The notes below the pieces were generated by a model. It did no database searches, was not told the DNA's origin, and saw only the letters and a program-made list of their open reading frames with translations. From the NCBI GenBank assembly GCA_964016885.1, contig OZ024763.1, positions 8,990,001 to 9,054,000 of the forward strand: a stretch of 64,000 nucleotides of DNA, given 5' to 3'. The position numbers and the translations under genes were made by a program. Shown here piece after piece: positions 36,956-50,969 of this stretch. How positions within the stretch are numbered: position 1 is the first letter of the stretch; each line of letters begins with the position of its first letter. Source of the DNA: Eledone cirrhosa. Lineage: Eukaryota.

Positions 36956-37216
36956 ATGATACTATTTATAGTTATGTATATACTATAAACAACTATAAAC
37001 AGGAAAGGTCAGTAATTTATTACTACCTTATTACCAGTAAGAGAAATAGCTCAATGTAAGAACATCAAGTGTTTTACAGAGCAGGAATATAAATATATAT
37101 GATTGTTCAGTTGAATAGGAGGGTTATTATATGTACAACATTGCTCATGCTCCGATGACTCCAAACGATTGTCAGCAATAAAATGATTTGAACATAGCTT
37201 TGATAATTGTGTAATT

Positions 37217-37288
<72 letters not shown>

Positions 37289-37289
<1 letters not shown>

Positions 37290-37481
37290 ATTGTTATACT
37301 TTGGGAGGGTCATGTTGCCAATAAGAAACACACGCACCAGTTGCTTTCACTTCAATTTTTTATAAATTTATAAATTTATAAATTTACAAGTTTGTAGATT
37401 TGTAAATATAATAAATTGAAGTGAAAGCAACTGGTGCGTGTGTTTCTTATTGGCAACATGACCCTCCCAAAGTATAACAAT
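37289..37481. repeat. Perfect ~70-bp inverted repeat (hairpin) between (TA)n arrays
   Basis: tattgttatactttgggagggtcatgttgcc...ttcacttcaattt and its reverse complement. Confidence 0.85.
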
Positions 37482-37626
37482 ATCGATTTCAACACACGAT
37501 TTCAGATAAAGAATCTTGCTAAACAAATTCAGAAACGAAATATATATACATACATATATATATATATATGTATATATGTATATGTATATATATATGTATA
37601 TATATATATATGTATATATATATATG

Positions 37627-37734
<108 letters not shown>

Positions 37735-37819
37735 CATATATATATATACATATATATATATACATATATATATATATGTATATATATACATATATATATA
37801 TATACATATATATATATAC

Positions 37820-38027
<208 letters not shown>

Positions 38028-38060
38028 CTATACATATATCCTTGTGTTTGTGTGTTGAAC

Positions 38061-38157
<97 letters not shown>

Positions 38158-38805
38158 TATATATATACATATATATGTGTCTATACATATATCCTTGTGT
38201 TTGTGTGTTGAACCCTTTAACCGTGTTGCTCTATAATCTGGTTTAATTTATACATAATGCTACACACACACACGTATATATATATAAAACAATCCCTATG
38301 CATCTCCCTCACCCAAGTCCCCATTCCACTCTGTAAAGTGGTCATGTAAATGTCACAACAAAAAGCACCCAGTCCACTCTGTAAAGTAGTCATGTAGGTG
38401 TTACGACAAAAAGGACCCAGTCCACTCAGTAAAGTGGTCATGTAGGGGTCATGACAAAAAGCATCCAGTCCACTCTGTAAAGTGGTCATGTAGGTGTCAC
38501 GACAAAAAGCACCCAGTCCACTCTGTAATGTGGTTGTGTAGGTGTCACAACAAAAAGCACCCAGTTGACAGTGTAAAGTGGTCATGTAGGTGTCATGTCA
38601 AAAAGCACCCAGTCCACACTGTAAATGTGGTTGGTGTCAGGAAGGGCACCCTGCTTTAGAAATCAAGCCAAAACCAGTTCTCTGTGAGCAAGACACAGTC
38701 ATCTGACATCGACCAGGCTCATCTCACAATGGGACAACTCATTTAATCTATGCTAGTATGGAAATTGGACATTAAATGATGATGATGATGATGATATATA
38801 TATCA

Positions 38806-39215
38806 CTGACGTTTGGCAACTGACTTGTTGGATACCCACAAGATCATTAACCATTTTTCAAACACCTTTTTGAATTCCATGTGTCTAACACCCGTGGACA
38901 TGCTTACAAAATCAGAAAACAAAACTCCCGTGACTTTCGGAAATATTTTTTCATTTTCAGAGTTTCTGAAGCATGGAACAAACTCACTGCATCAGTTGTT
39001 ACCTGTCGGGACACTGCATCCTTTAAAACTTCCATGCATCTCAAAATTTGCCAACACTACACCTAATATTCCCTCTCCATACACACATGTATCTGTGTGT
39101 GTATCCTGACACATACACTGTTCACTTTCCTGACATTTGTACATTATTCTATGTACTATACATGCACCTTTGATGAGTTGTAGTGCACCTGAGCACTGTA
39201 CAGAATAATTTTAAT
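38806..39215 (+). mobile_element. CR1-like LINE 3' fragment (same family as 1-850)
   Basis: SNTRGHAYKIRKQ..RVSEAWNKL, plus the shared 3' UTR ttttgatgagttgtagtgcacctgagcactgtaca. Confidence 0.85.
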
Positions 39216-39261
<46 letters not shown>

Positions 39262-39624
39262 CGAGGATTATATATATTTAAGAGGATTAATGAATTAGTC
39301 ATTAATCCATCTATCTATCCATCAACACATGTGAGTGCCTATGTGTGTGTCTGTCTGTGTGTGTGTTGTGTGTGTGCACAAGCATGCAAGTTCGGTTGTA
39401 TTCATCCATTCATTCGTCTGCTGAAATGTTCATCTGTCTTTCTATCCATGTCTAAAACTTCCCTCTCGGCTGATATTACTGTCAGAATAGTACACACAGC
39501 GACACCTAGTGGGCAACTGGGCATTAAACACCAAAAATTGATCCATTCGGTAAGTGTCTACTTCTTACACACTCTCTCTTTCTCTTTCTCCATCACTTAT
39601 TCTTTCTTCTTTTTGTCTTTATCA

Positions 39625-41430
39625 TCATCATCATCATCATCACTATTTTACACCTGATTTTCCACATTTGTAATTGGATGGGTTGGATTTTCATCACTGC
39701 ATCTCGCCACTTTTTATGGTTCTTTACCGTCATCTCCTCTGCGAGTTTCAGTGATTCAAGACCACCTCTCTCTACCCAGGTCTTCTTTGGTCATCCTCTA
39801 CTGTAACTCTCTTCCACTGGGATTTCTTGACACTTCTTTGCCCACTGATCATCCACCATATACATCACATGTCCACACCAGTACAGTCTTCTCTCCTATA
39901 CATTACATCTGATTCCTCTTATATCCAGCTTTTCTCTCATCTCATCCATGCTTGCTTTGTTGTTCATGCACATCAGCATTACACATTCATCAGAGAATGC
40001 TCACTTCATTTCTCTCTAAACTTTGTATATGCTCTTCATTGTCCATGTCTCATTGCCATTTAACAACATAGGCAGCCATTCTTATACTCTTCTGTTATGG
40101 CCTGAGGAAGCACAATAAACAGAAGTGGGCTGAGGACTGAGCCCTGATGAACACCTACTTGTACATTGAATTCTTCACTAAATTCCTTACTCTCACTTTA
40201 CAGAAACACCTTCTGGTCATGGTTTGAACTGCTTTCACAAGCCATTCTTCTACATCTAGTTTCCTTAACCCTTTAACATTTACATTACTCTATATATACT
40301 ACTGTATTTTAACAGTAAAGGCTTTACCTCACATAATATCTCACATAACATTTACATTACTCTCTATATACTATTGTATTTTCACAGTAAAGGCTTTACC
40401 TCACATAATATCAAATCTACGAGATTTTGATATTATTTATTTTGAAAAGAATACCTTAATGTTGGTATGAGGGACTGGTTACAACCGGTTTGAACATGAT
40501 GATACAGCCGGTTTAAATGTTAAAAGCTTAAGGACCACCAGAGAGTAGATCCTGTCAAAGGCTTTCTCTGGATCAACAAAAGCTAGATATAAAGGCTTAC
40601 TCTTAGATAGGAACTTCTCTTGTAGTTGCCTCACTAAAAAGAGGGCAGCTACGGTGCCCCTCCCTTACTCAAGACCAAACTACATCTTATTTAGTTTGAC
40701 TCTTTCCATAAGCTGTGCTAAAACTCTTTCTCTCACTTTCATAACTTAGTCTAATTCTCTTTTAGTTGCTCCTTTATTGAACATCACCCTCTCTCTTGTA
40801 ACAATTAACGAGTATATTGCCTAGAATAAGGACAGGATGGAAGAAGTTTAGGGAGCTGCTTCCACTGTTGACAACGAAGGGTTTCTCCCTACGAATGAAA
40901 GGTCAGTTATATGATGCCTGTGTGAGATGCATGATACTGCATGGTAATGAGACATGGACAGAAACTGCGGAGGATATGCGACAGCTGGAGAGAAATGGAG
41001 CAAGCATGCTCCGATGGATGTGCAATGTCAATGTGCGTGAACGACAAAGTATAGACGAGTTGAGAGAGAAACTAGGTATAAGAGGATCCATCCCACCCTT
41101 GCAAGCAGACGTAAAATGATGATGATTGCTATACCAGTCATTAGGTATGGATCTGTCCTGTATTATATAATTGAATATGTGGGTCACTAGTTCAGCTCCT
41201 ACTTCGCTAGATGCTTTCAGCATCTCAGCGACTATCCTACACAGTCCAATTCAATGTCTTTAGCATTCTGTATCTTCTTCATAGCTTCTTTGACTCTATA
41301 ACTAACAATTTCAAAGGCTGGTCCTTCTGTTGGATCAGTAGAAGGTAGTCTCCCTACCTCCCATTTATTCTCTACACTTATCAGTCTCTCATAGTAACAT
41401 TTCCAGGCCTCTTTCTTTTGAGTTTTAAGT
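39625..41430 (-). pseudogene. Old degraded RTE LINE relic, containing a TTAA MITE (40269-40527) and a + strand RTE fragment (~40816-41125)
   Basis: Minus-strand remnants of AFVDPEKAFDR, WWSLRKLDVEEWLV and VGVHQGSVLSPL. ORF 40817 reads RIRTGWKKFRELLPLL. Confidence 0.75.
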
Positions 41431-41571
41431 CTCGATGATGCTAAGTGTCATACATATATAAGCATACACACACACACATATATAGTAATAATAATAATTG
41501 TGAAGAGTAAAATCCAAAGAGGGCTCGATAAGGATAAATTCAATCAAATATATAAGAACCCTAGAGCAAAT

Positions 41572-41686
41572 ATTTATTAAAATAACAGATTAAAGTTTAA
41601 GCAAAGAATCGCTGATTTCACTCTTAACGGGATCTTCTGAAAGCAGCGATTCTTTGCTTAAACTTTAATCTGTTATTTTAATAAAT
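41572..41686. repeat. Hairpin with ~48-bp arms; one arm recurs at 56158-56228
   Basis: tttattaaaataacagattaaagtttaagcaaagaatcgctg and its reverse complement. Confidence 0.8.
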
Positions 41687-42095
41687 AATTAATATATATA
41701 TATATATACACACATACGTAATCATCATGATCATCATGATCATCATTTAATGTCTATATTCCACGCTAGGATGGGTTAGACGGGAATTGTCCCATTTGAG
41801 GTAAGATTTGTTGGGTGACCGTGTCTCGCTCATATAGGACTATCTGGCAGGTTTTCTACGGCTGGATGCCCTTCCTAACACCAACCACATTTACAGTGTT
41901 ACCTACATGACCACATTACAGCTTGGACTGTTTTTTTATTTTTTTCCCTTCTCTATTTCTTTTTTTTTCCTTTCCTTCCTTCCCCTCCATCCTTTTTTAT
42001 ATATAAACCCATTGAACAAATATTTATTATTACCACGGATTAAAAGTTTAAATAAACAATTCCTGTTTTCACCCTAAAATATGTATGTATTATTC

Positions 42096-42133
<38 letters not shown>

Positions 42134-42409
42134 CACATAAATAATTAAAAAATGACAAACACAGAGATATACAAAAACAATTGATGTTAATAGGTTCACA
42201 AATTCAATGAGAGAGAAAAAGGAGTTCAATATATATATATATGTGTGTGTGTGTATATGTATATATATGTGTGTGTGTATATGTATATATATGTGTGTGT
42301 GTGTATATATATATGTATGTATTTGTATTTATATATGTGTGTGTGTGTATATATATGTATGTATGTGTATATATATGTAGGTATGTGTATGTATATATAT
42401 ATATGTATG

Positions 42410-42447
<38 letters not shown>

Positions 42448-43573
42448 CATATATATACATACACATACCTACATATATATACACATACATACATATACAC
42501 ATACATACATATATATACACACACACATATATAAATACAAATACATACATATATATATATATACACACACACACATATATATATACATATATACACACAC
42601 ATATATATATATATATATACATATACACACACACACATATTTATAGATAGATAGAGAGAGAGAGAGAGATGTATGAAACTCATTTTTTTTATTCTGGTGT
42701 TGTTGTTGTTACCTTCTTTATGGTCATTAAATAAGATTTACAACAGATTTCGATGGAGATTAGTAAATTGTACTATCACACACACATATATATCATCATC
42801 ATCATCATCATACGTCCACAATCTGAGGTCAGTTCTCACCACCTCCGCCCATGTTTTTCGTGGTCTTCCTCTACAGTGTTTTCCTTCCACTGGGATTTCT
42901 TGGCACTTCTTTACCCTCGATCATCTTCCAAGAGCATCACATGTCCATACCAATGCAGTCTTCTCTACTGTACACTATGCAGAGGTCGATACACAAATAT
43001 TTTTCATATGTAAATGAATCTTCCTTGTTTTTTCTATTATATATCTATCTTCTATATAATACTAACATTCAGGGATTGTCTGTAATGTAATACAGCCAAA
43101 AAGGCGCAAAATGGGAAAATACTTTGAAAGAAAGTTGCCTCTGAAATGGGAATACAAATGGAATAAAACAAGTTCCGCATAAATCGGAGCACGAGTTCCC
43201 AAGATACGGGGTTTTTCTGGGTACCTTCATGAATATATAGAGAGGAAGAGATAGTGGTTGTGAGGGAGTAGATTGAAAGGGAGACATAGAGAAGGAGACA
43301 GAGAAGGAAAATGGAAGACACACACAGACACACATATATATATATACATATATAGGCCTTCCAATTCATTTTATATTATATACATGTCTGTGTATATGTT
43401 ATTTAAAAATTATTTTTAAAGTGAATGTGACCCTATAGGTTATGGGTTGTCTAGTATATATATATATTCCCTCCTTGCTTGAAATGTTCATGAATGGTTG
43501 AACTTGACACATTAAATTAATCACAAAATCTCTTGTGCTTTGATGTGGATCTGATATAATATTCTCATTCAAA

Positions 43574-44840
43574 ATGTCGTCATTCAGAGTGGGTCATCTT
43601 CCGGAGGGAGGCTTGTCAGGTATGTCACAATCTGCATTTTTAGGTCATTGATAGCTCTGTATTTCTGTGTCTGTGTATATATGTATGCATACACACATAC
43701 ATATGTGTGTGTGTGTGTATGCACATGTGTATATATATATATCATCTTCTAACCCCTTAACATTTACATTACTCTATATATACTATTGTATTTTATTACT
43801 CTATATATACTATAACATTTACATTACTCTATATATACTATTATATTTTCACAGTAAAGACTTTACCTCGCATATCTCACATAACATTTACATTACTCTA
43901 TAGATAGTATTGTATTTTATTACTCTATATAGACAGTCCTATGCGAGCAAGACAATCACTCTTGCCTCAAGTGGGAATACCCCCGTCCAAACCCATGCAA
44001 GCGTGGAACACGGACGTTAAACGTTGATGATGATGATGATGATGATGATACTATTATATTTTCACAGTAAAGGCTTTACCTCACATAATATCTCACATAA
44101 CATTTACATTACTCTATATATACTATTATATTTTTATGGTAAAGGCTTTACCTCACATAATATTAAATCTATGTTTTGATATTATTTATTTTGAGAACAA
44201 TACTTTAACATCAGTTTGAGTGGCCAGTTACAGCCGGTTTGAACAGAAAGGTATGAGATAATTCTGGCTGGATATGGAGCGGTTTAAATCCTATAAAATG
44301 TTAAACCACAGCCGACATCATCATCATCGTTTAACGTCTAACTTCTATGCTAGCATGGGTTAGACATGTACGAGCTTTTACTACAACTGGATTCACTTCC
44401 CCGATGTTTTACATTGGTTCTGTCGTGGTTACTGTTCTTTTGAAATTCATACAGTAAGCAACAGTGAATAAATTTTATAAAGATTTTATCTTCCATGTTA
44501 ATTACCGAAATAATGATGATGATGGTGGTGATGATGATGATTGTGATGGTGGTGGTAATGTTGATGGTGATGATGGTGATGATGATGGTGATGGTGATGA
44601 TGGTGATAGTGATGGTGATAACGGTGATGATGATAGTGGTGGTGATGGTGATGGTGGTGATGATGGTGATGGTGGTGATGATGGTGATGATGGTGGTGAT
44701 GATGGTGGTGATGATGGTGATAATGATGATGGTGGTGATGATGGTGATAATGATGATGATGATGGTGATGGTGATGATGGTGATGATGATGGTGATAATG
44801 ATGGTGATGGTGATAATGGTGGTGGTGGTGGTGGTGGCGG

Positions 44841-44871
<31 letters not shown>

Positions 44872-45610
44872 ATAATAGGCATTTGTTTGTTTTGTTTTTT
44901 TTCCAGGTGAAAGCGTGATGGACATGCGAAGATATGTTAGCGCTGATGACCTTTTAAATTTGTATGCAAGAGACAAACCATCAAAACAGAAGCAAATAAA
45001 TGGCAGAAAATATCGTACTTTACAACGTACATCTCAACATCTCCCTTCACCTGTACTCGACTCTCCAAAAATGAACATAGATTTATCACCATTATCTCCA
45101 TCAAGATCAACGGAGAATTGTGCCCTAAGCTCAGCTGTGAAAAGTGCCTACATTAGCAATGAATATCTGAGAATAAGAGACTTCATTAATCGAACAGATC
45201 CTGATGTCCTGCAGCAAATTCTCCTCAGAACTCTAGAGTATCGCAACTCAAAGGACATAATAGCACTGGGTATTATTTTCCCACGTAACCACTTCCCAAC
45301 ATACAACAACTACCACTGTGCACGTTGTCACAAACAGTACAACCCCATGGATAGGGAGCACTGCCTGTTACGACATTCAGTTCAATATGTTCGAAAAATT
45401 CAACAAGATGAGAGAGGATCAAATTTTTTCTGTCGCCTCTGTGGCAAAACTTTTTATCTGAAGAATGTTTTTATTTACACAGAGAATATAACAAATCAAA
45501 ATACTGGTTATTGTTTTATTGGACTGCACACCAATGATGCCCGCTTAGTTAGGTATGGGGCTGAGGCAAAAACCTGTGAAGAGTATGGGTGTGTAGAATT
45601 TTATGTGTGA
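43574..45610 (+). CDS. Two-exon gene, 249-aa uncharacterised protein with C-terminal Cys/His (putative zinc-binding) clusters
   Basis: Exon 43574-43619 (aaaATG, MSSFRVGHLPEGGLS, g/gtatgt) joins in phase 1 to exon 44907-45610 (tttttttccag acceptor). Total 750 nt. Motifs HCARCH..HCLLRH, FCRLCG, YCFIGLH, TCEEYGC. Exon 1 is less certain than exon 2. Confidence 0.75.
44510..44870. repeat. (GAT/GGT)n compound trinucleotide repeat, intronic
   Basis: Direct inspection. Similar triplet tracts at 3262-3445, 9525-9590 and 23460-23682. Confidence 0.9.
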
Positions 45611-46828
45611 GGGGGTTTCTTTTGTTCACCCCAAGCAAGACATGAGACTTACAAAAATTGCAGGGGGTTACTGGGAAGGACAAGACAGAACATAATCCCA
45701 AGTAAGGCAATAAAGCCACTAAAATATAAGGGGTTACTGAGAAGGGAGAAGGACAAGACAGAACATAATCCCAAGTAAGGCAATAAAGTCACTAAAATAG
45801 AAAAGGGTTACTGGGATGGGAGAAGGACAAGACAGAGAACATAATTCAAGGAGATAAATGACAATTGATGTTGCTTTTGAATTTTTTTGATTGTTGTTAG
45901 GGATCAGGAAGCAAGAAGCCAGAAGAGAATTCCCTAGGTGTATGGGGAAGAAACTATCAGAATAGAATTATTATTTTTTGTTCGCACACAAAAATTCACA
46001 CTGTAATGTCCTTTGCTATCTCTATTGTCTGCTTAATGTCAGCCCTGTGTGGCTAATAAAGAAACCATTATTATCATTATTTGTATTATTATTAGGGTGG
46101 TGGAGTGACAGAATTGTTAGAGCATTGAACATGCTTTGCGGTATATAGTTATGGTTCTTTATGTTTCATAAAAATAAGGGAACAAGTTGAAAATATATCC
46201 TACATACCATTTCACTGCTAGGTCTTATGGTGAACAAGATGTAGTATCGTGAAATTACCATATGAATATCCTCCCAAGAAAAAAAAAGGGGCTGGGGTCG
46301 CGCATCGCTAAAAATATGCGAATGAATAAAAAAAAATCTGAGCGAAGGCAGGAAAATGAAAGAATAAAACAGTAACCCTATCTCATCAGTTGACCGCTAG
46401 GGATACATTGTTTTGGTACATATTATATATTCACATAACTGGGCACATCATGTTATATCTCCATTGTTAAGGGCAGCAATAATGACCAGCAGACAAACAA
46501 ACAGCTTTCAAAGTCATGACTTGACCTGTTAGTAATAGCAGTAAGATATTTGCTGCATTATAAAGGAGAATACATAGGATAATGTATTTCTAGATACATC
46601 TTCTTCACCCTTATTCCTGAGAGGGTCTTGGGTGCAGAGTCCTCAAACACACCCTTCAGTAGGTCTTGTCAGAAGCTACCGTCTCCAACTGATTCGGCTA
46701 GATCCTCCATGCTCATGGGATGTTATCCAACCATCTTACTCGGGTCTACCCGTGAGTCTCCTGCCGGTTATTTTTGCCAGTAAAAACTGTCCAGTGATTC
46801 TTTCCTAAGACATTCTAACCATGTCTGT

Positions 46829-46946
46829 AAATTCAACAAGATGAGAGAGGATCAAATTTTTTCTGTCGCCTCTGTGGCAAAACTTTTTATCTGAAGAATG
46901 CTTTCATTTACACAGAGAATATAACAAATCAAAATACCAGTTATTG
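46829..46946 (+). pseudogene. ~118-bp duplicate of coding segment 45396-45513
   Basis: aaattcaacaagatgagagaggatcaaattttttctgtcgcctctgtggc...ttattg, with about 4 substitutions. Confidence 0.9.
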
Positions 46947-47529
46947 CAAGTAAAATAATTGGATGGTCAGGGCTGGAAGGTAATGAGATATATACATGTC
47001 TAGTTTGCTGGGCAAGGCCTGAGCAGGGGGACAAACAATAACAGATCAAATGTTTTCATAATCTTTTTATTTCATGGTTTGTATAATTAAATATGTGATA
47101 TTATCCCCAATCACGAAAACACACATAATTATTATTGTCACTAGCATAAAAACCACCCAAAGGGTGGTTTTTATGCTATCATGTGTAGTGTGCATATTGA
47201 TATTATGTGCAAATATATATGCATGTAGATATGATACGTCAAATATAATCGTAATTGACAATATGCACAGAAATTGAAGAGAGACTGTGTTACAGAGTCT
47301 TCTGTAATCAGTAAAGTAATCCATGATATATTTATAAAAGTTGATATATATAAAATGCATTATGGTGAAATGTTATCAAAACGAAAAAGGAGAAAATTAG
47401 TGACAGAAATATAATGAACGTTTATATAAGCGATATGATATAGAGTCCGTTATATCATAACCAGAAGTATTGACATTTGAAAATTTTAAAAGTAGTGAAT
47501 CTTAAAATAAGCAATCATTATATATAAGA

Positions 47530-48912
47530 CTAGCAGAGGTACCCGGCGTTGCTCGGGTATTAAATAGCAGTTATGTATACCATTTATGTCAATACTTCAG
47601 TGCTATAAAACTATACTTTTACAAAATCATCGGCTTTTTCCAAAAGGGGTTCCTGCCCACAGGGGTCTCCTACTCAATATGTGCCAATTCTGAGAGTTCA
47701 CATTCATCTGTAGAACAAACGTAGCCCATGTGTCAAGTTTTGTGAAAATCGGTTGCAAACTGCAGAAGTTATGACGTTTTGTTGCATTGCACTGCAGTGC
47801 TTCAGTCGACTCCAAGGAAGTGGTTAAAGGGGGTTATCTGCCGGGAGGCCCTATAATCAATATCTGGAAAAATGAAAGTGCCCATGACCATCCAGAGTAC
47901 ATATGTAACCTATGTCCTAAGTTTGGTGAAAATACTGTAGAAATGCATAAGATTTACACACGCGTATGTATGTATGTATGTCCGTCGGTGCACACGTATG
48001 TACTGGCCTAAATATTTACTTTTACTATTTTAAGGCAAAGTTAAAATCCCGTCGAGGTTAACTTTGCCTTTCATCCTTACGAGGGTCGATAAAATAAAGT
48101 ACCAATAATGTACTGGGTAATTGCTGGCCTTGCGCCAAAAGTAGAAACAACTATTTTAATAACCTCTGTCATTTTCGTTTACAATTTTATTTACATCATT
48201 CTTAAACTCCGGGGCTGTATGTATATATATTTCTGTGTGTGTATATATATATATATATTACACACACAGAAATGTATATATATTTCTGTGTGTATATATA
48301 TATATTACACACACAGAAATGTATATATATTTCTTAGAACAAAATTATTATTAATGTTTTGCTGTTCATAACAATTGGAATTGAAAAATTACTTTTGAAA
48401 TTATTAGTTATTTTACTAATGCTTAGATATGTAAAAATGAAGCAATGTTTCTAATAATTGTTTCTACTTTTGGCACAAGGCCAGCAATTACCCAGTACAT
48501 TACTGGTACTTTATTTTATCGACCCCGTGAGGATGAAAGGCAAAGTTAACCTCGGCGGTATTTGAACTCAGACCGTAAAGGGACGTAACTCCATGCTATG
48601 AAGCATGGTGTCCGACTCTCTACACATTCTGCCAATCCACCGCCCTAATGTCTGTACGTAATGAGGGAGTGAGAGGGGAGAGAAAGAAAGGCAGAGGTGA
48701 AGTGACTCTCTCCTCCTCCTCCATCTCCCCATTCATCACAGCGATAGAGGAGAGGAATGTTAGTGTGTTACAAAGAGAAAGAGTGAGAGTAACAGACAGA
48801 CTAAAAGAGAGGGATAGCTGGAGAGAGAGAGAGAGATAGCAACCAAGCGCGCACATGTTTCCACTGTCAGACAGACAGACAGAGAAATTGCTGGTTATAT
48901 ATTATAAGGAGA
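47530..48912 (-). mobile_element. Non-autonomous Helitron with nested SINEs
   Basis: Minus strand: A|TC 5' end at 48912, (CTGT)n nearby, 3' hairpin tacccgagcaacgccgggta followed by CTAG|T at 47530. Confidence 0.65.
48455..48645 (-). mobile_element. tRNA-derived SINE (family also at 49061-49245, 49248-49445, 54310-54492, 59388-59510, 48040-48155, split copy 12735-13055)
   Basis: tggcag.at.ggtagag A box, gagttcaaat.ccgccgagg B box, ttgactttgcctttcatcc..ggggtcgataaaataaagtacc central domain, ATT tail. Confidence 0.8.
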
Positions 48913-50969
48913 TTATTTATATTTAATCAACAGCTACATAATTTAGTAGATAAATTATGTAATATTCATTCATTTATTCAAAGTAATCCAACTTATTTTA
49001 CAAATGGGATAAAAAAATATATTCAGGACACAGTCCCACACTCCTCCCTTTATTATATGGATTGGCAGTATCGGTAGAGGGTCGGACGCCATGCTTTCCA
49101 GCCTAGTTACGTCCCTTTACAATCTGAGTTCAAATCCCGCTGAGGTTGACTTTGCCTTTCATCCTTACGGGGTCGATAAAATAAAGTACCAGTAATGCAC
49201 TGAATAATTGCTGGCCTTGTGCCTAAAGTAGAAACAATTATTATTAAGGGCGGCGAATTGGCAGTATGGCTAGAGTGTCAGACACCATGCTTTGCAGCTT
49301 AGAGTTAAGGCTCTTTAACATTCTACGTTGAAATCCTGCCAAGGTTAGCTTTGCCTTTCGTCCTTATTGGGTTGACAAAATAAAGCACCAGTAATGCACT
49401 GGGGTAATTGCTGGCCTTGTACCAAAAGTAGAAACAATTATTATTATATTGCTAATAGTGAGAAATTACAAAGAGTTAATATAAAATCAAAAATATATTC
49501 CACAGTTTTGAATTCAGATTCTAATGATTTAGTCAGCTCGAAAGTAACACAGAGGAGACTGGGGTTAGCTGGACATATTCACTAACATTCAGAGTTGACA
49601 CTGGACTCAGTGCTCCAGTGGGAACCCCTAGGTGGACACACTAGAAGAGGGAGACCGAGGATGACATATATTGATACCCTAAGGAATGCCAAATTTGGGA
49701 ATGAATTCATATCTCCACAGAAAAATTGAAGCAGAGAAGTCTTTTATAGCTCGTTGGAAGCGTTTTGGAAAGCTGCAAGTGATGGGGTTAAATTTCTTCA
49801 AAGAAAGAATCTAATTTTGAAGATATAACTTGATTTCTTTTTCTGGCATTTGGTGTTGATGGCTCTGAGTCCCACAAAATCTGCCGATGGTTGATAGTCT
49901 GTTGTTGCGAACATCTGGACCCAGCAAAAACATAAAACCTCATTTATATTGTCATGTTATCAGGGCCGAATTTAGACATTAGGGAGGTGGAGGGGGGACT
50001 CATAAAAAAAAAAAGAATACACAGTAACCCCCACCCCATTTTTCACATCAAAGTTGGCTTGGCGCAAGTAATTGGAATTGAAAATTTATACATACAGGTA
50101 TTAAATGATAAAAAAAAAAAAGGGACATCCTCATTTTACATCCACTTTCCACACTGGCATGTGTTAGATGGGTTGTCACCATCCGAGATCAGACATATCA
50201 CCAATTGGCCCTCTCCTATAGAGATCTTTGATTAATAGACACAGACATGATGAAAGGCAAAGTTGATCATCGGCAGTAAATTTCTTAGTAAAATATAAAT
50301 TTTCAGTTAAAACTCAATAATTCAAAATATGTTCTGGTTTCCTCATTTTACATCCACTTTCCACACTGGCATGTGTTAGACGGGTTGTCACTGTCTGAGA
50401 TTAGACATATCTGAGTGACCCTCATCTTGCTCATACATTACATATTGTACATGGCCTCTATGGCTGGATGCCCTCCCTAATATGAAACACTTTACAGTCT
50501 TTACTGAGTGCATTGTTTAGGTATATTCTATGCAGGCACCAATAATAACAATTTACAAGGTGTACTGAGTACATTTTATCATGGCACTAGTACTAAAGAC
50601 GTCATCACATGCTCATTGTCAAAGGGATAAACTAAAAAGCCCAGCAGAGGGCACAGATAAATTGCTACAGCCGTCGTTGGTAGAGCCCAGGGCAATTGCC
50701 CCTTTTCCCCACCCCCATTAAATCCGGCCCTGCTCCATAGAATTACGGCTGCGGTGCCAGATAAAGTGATAGAAGGCACATCCCTTCCCCCAATACCAAC
50801 AACAAAAAGAAAAACAGCTGATCATCTTTAACAATATCGCCAATTGGCCCTCTCTATAGAGATCTTTGATTAATAGACACAGATATAATGAGAAGCAAAG
50901 TAAATTTCTTAGTAAAATATAATTCAGTTAAAATTCAATGATTCAAGATATGACCTGATTTTTCTTTTC

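Noticed and set aside
44350-44976. Poly-D/G, poly-M/V, poly-S/P and poly-I/T ORFs; likewise 3127-3613, 15176-15418, 23372-23818
   Set aside because: Frames of intronic trinucleotide repeats.
49690-49960. Possible coding exon on the minus strand
   Set aside because: Short frames with stops, no convincing splice pair and no recognisable motif.
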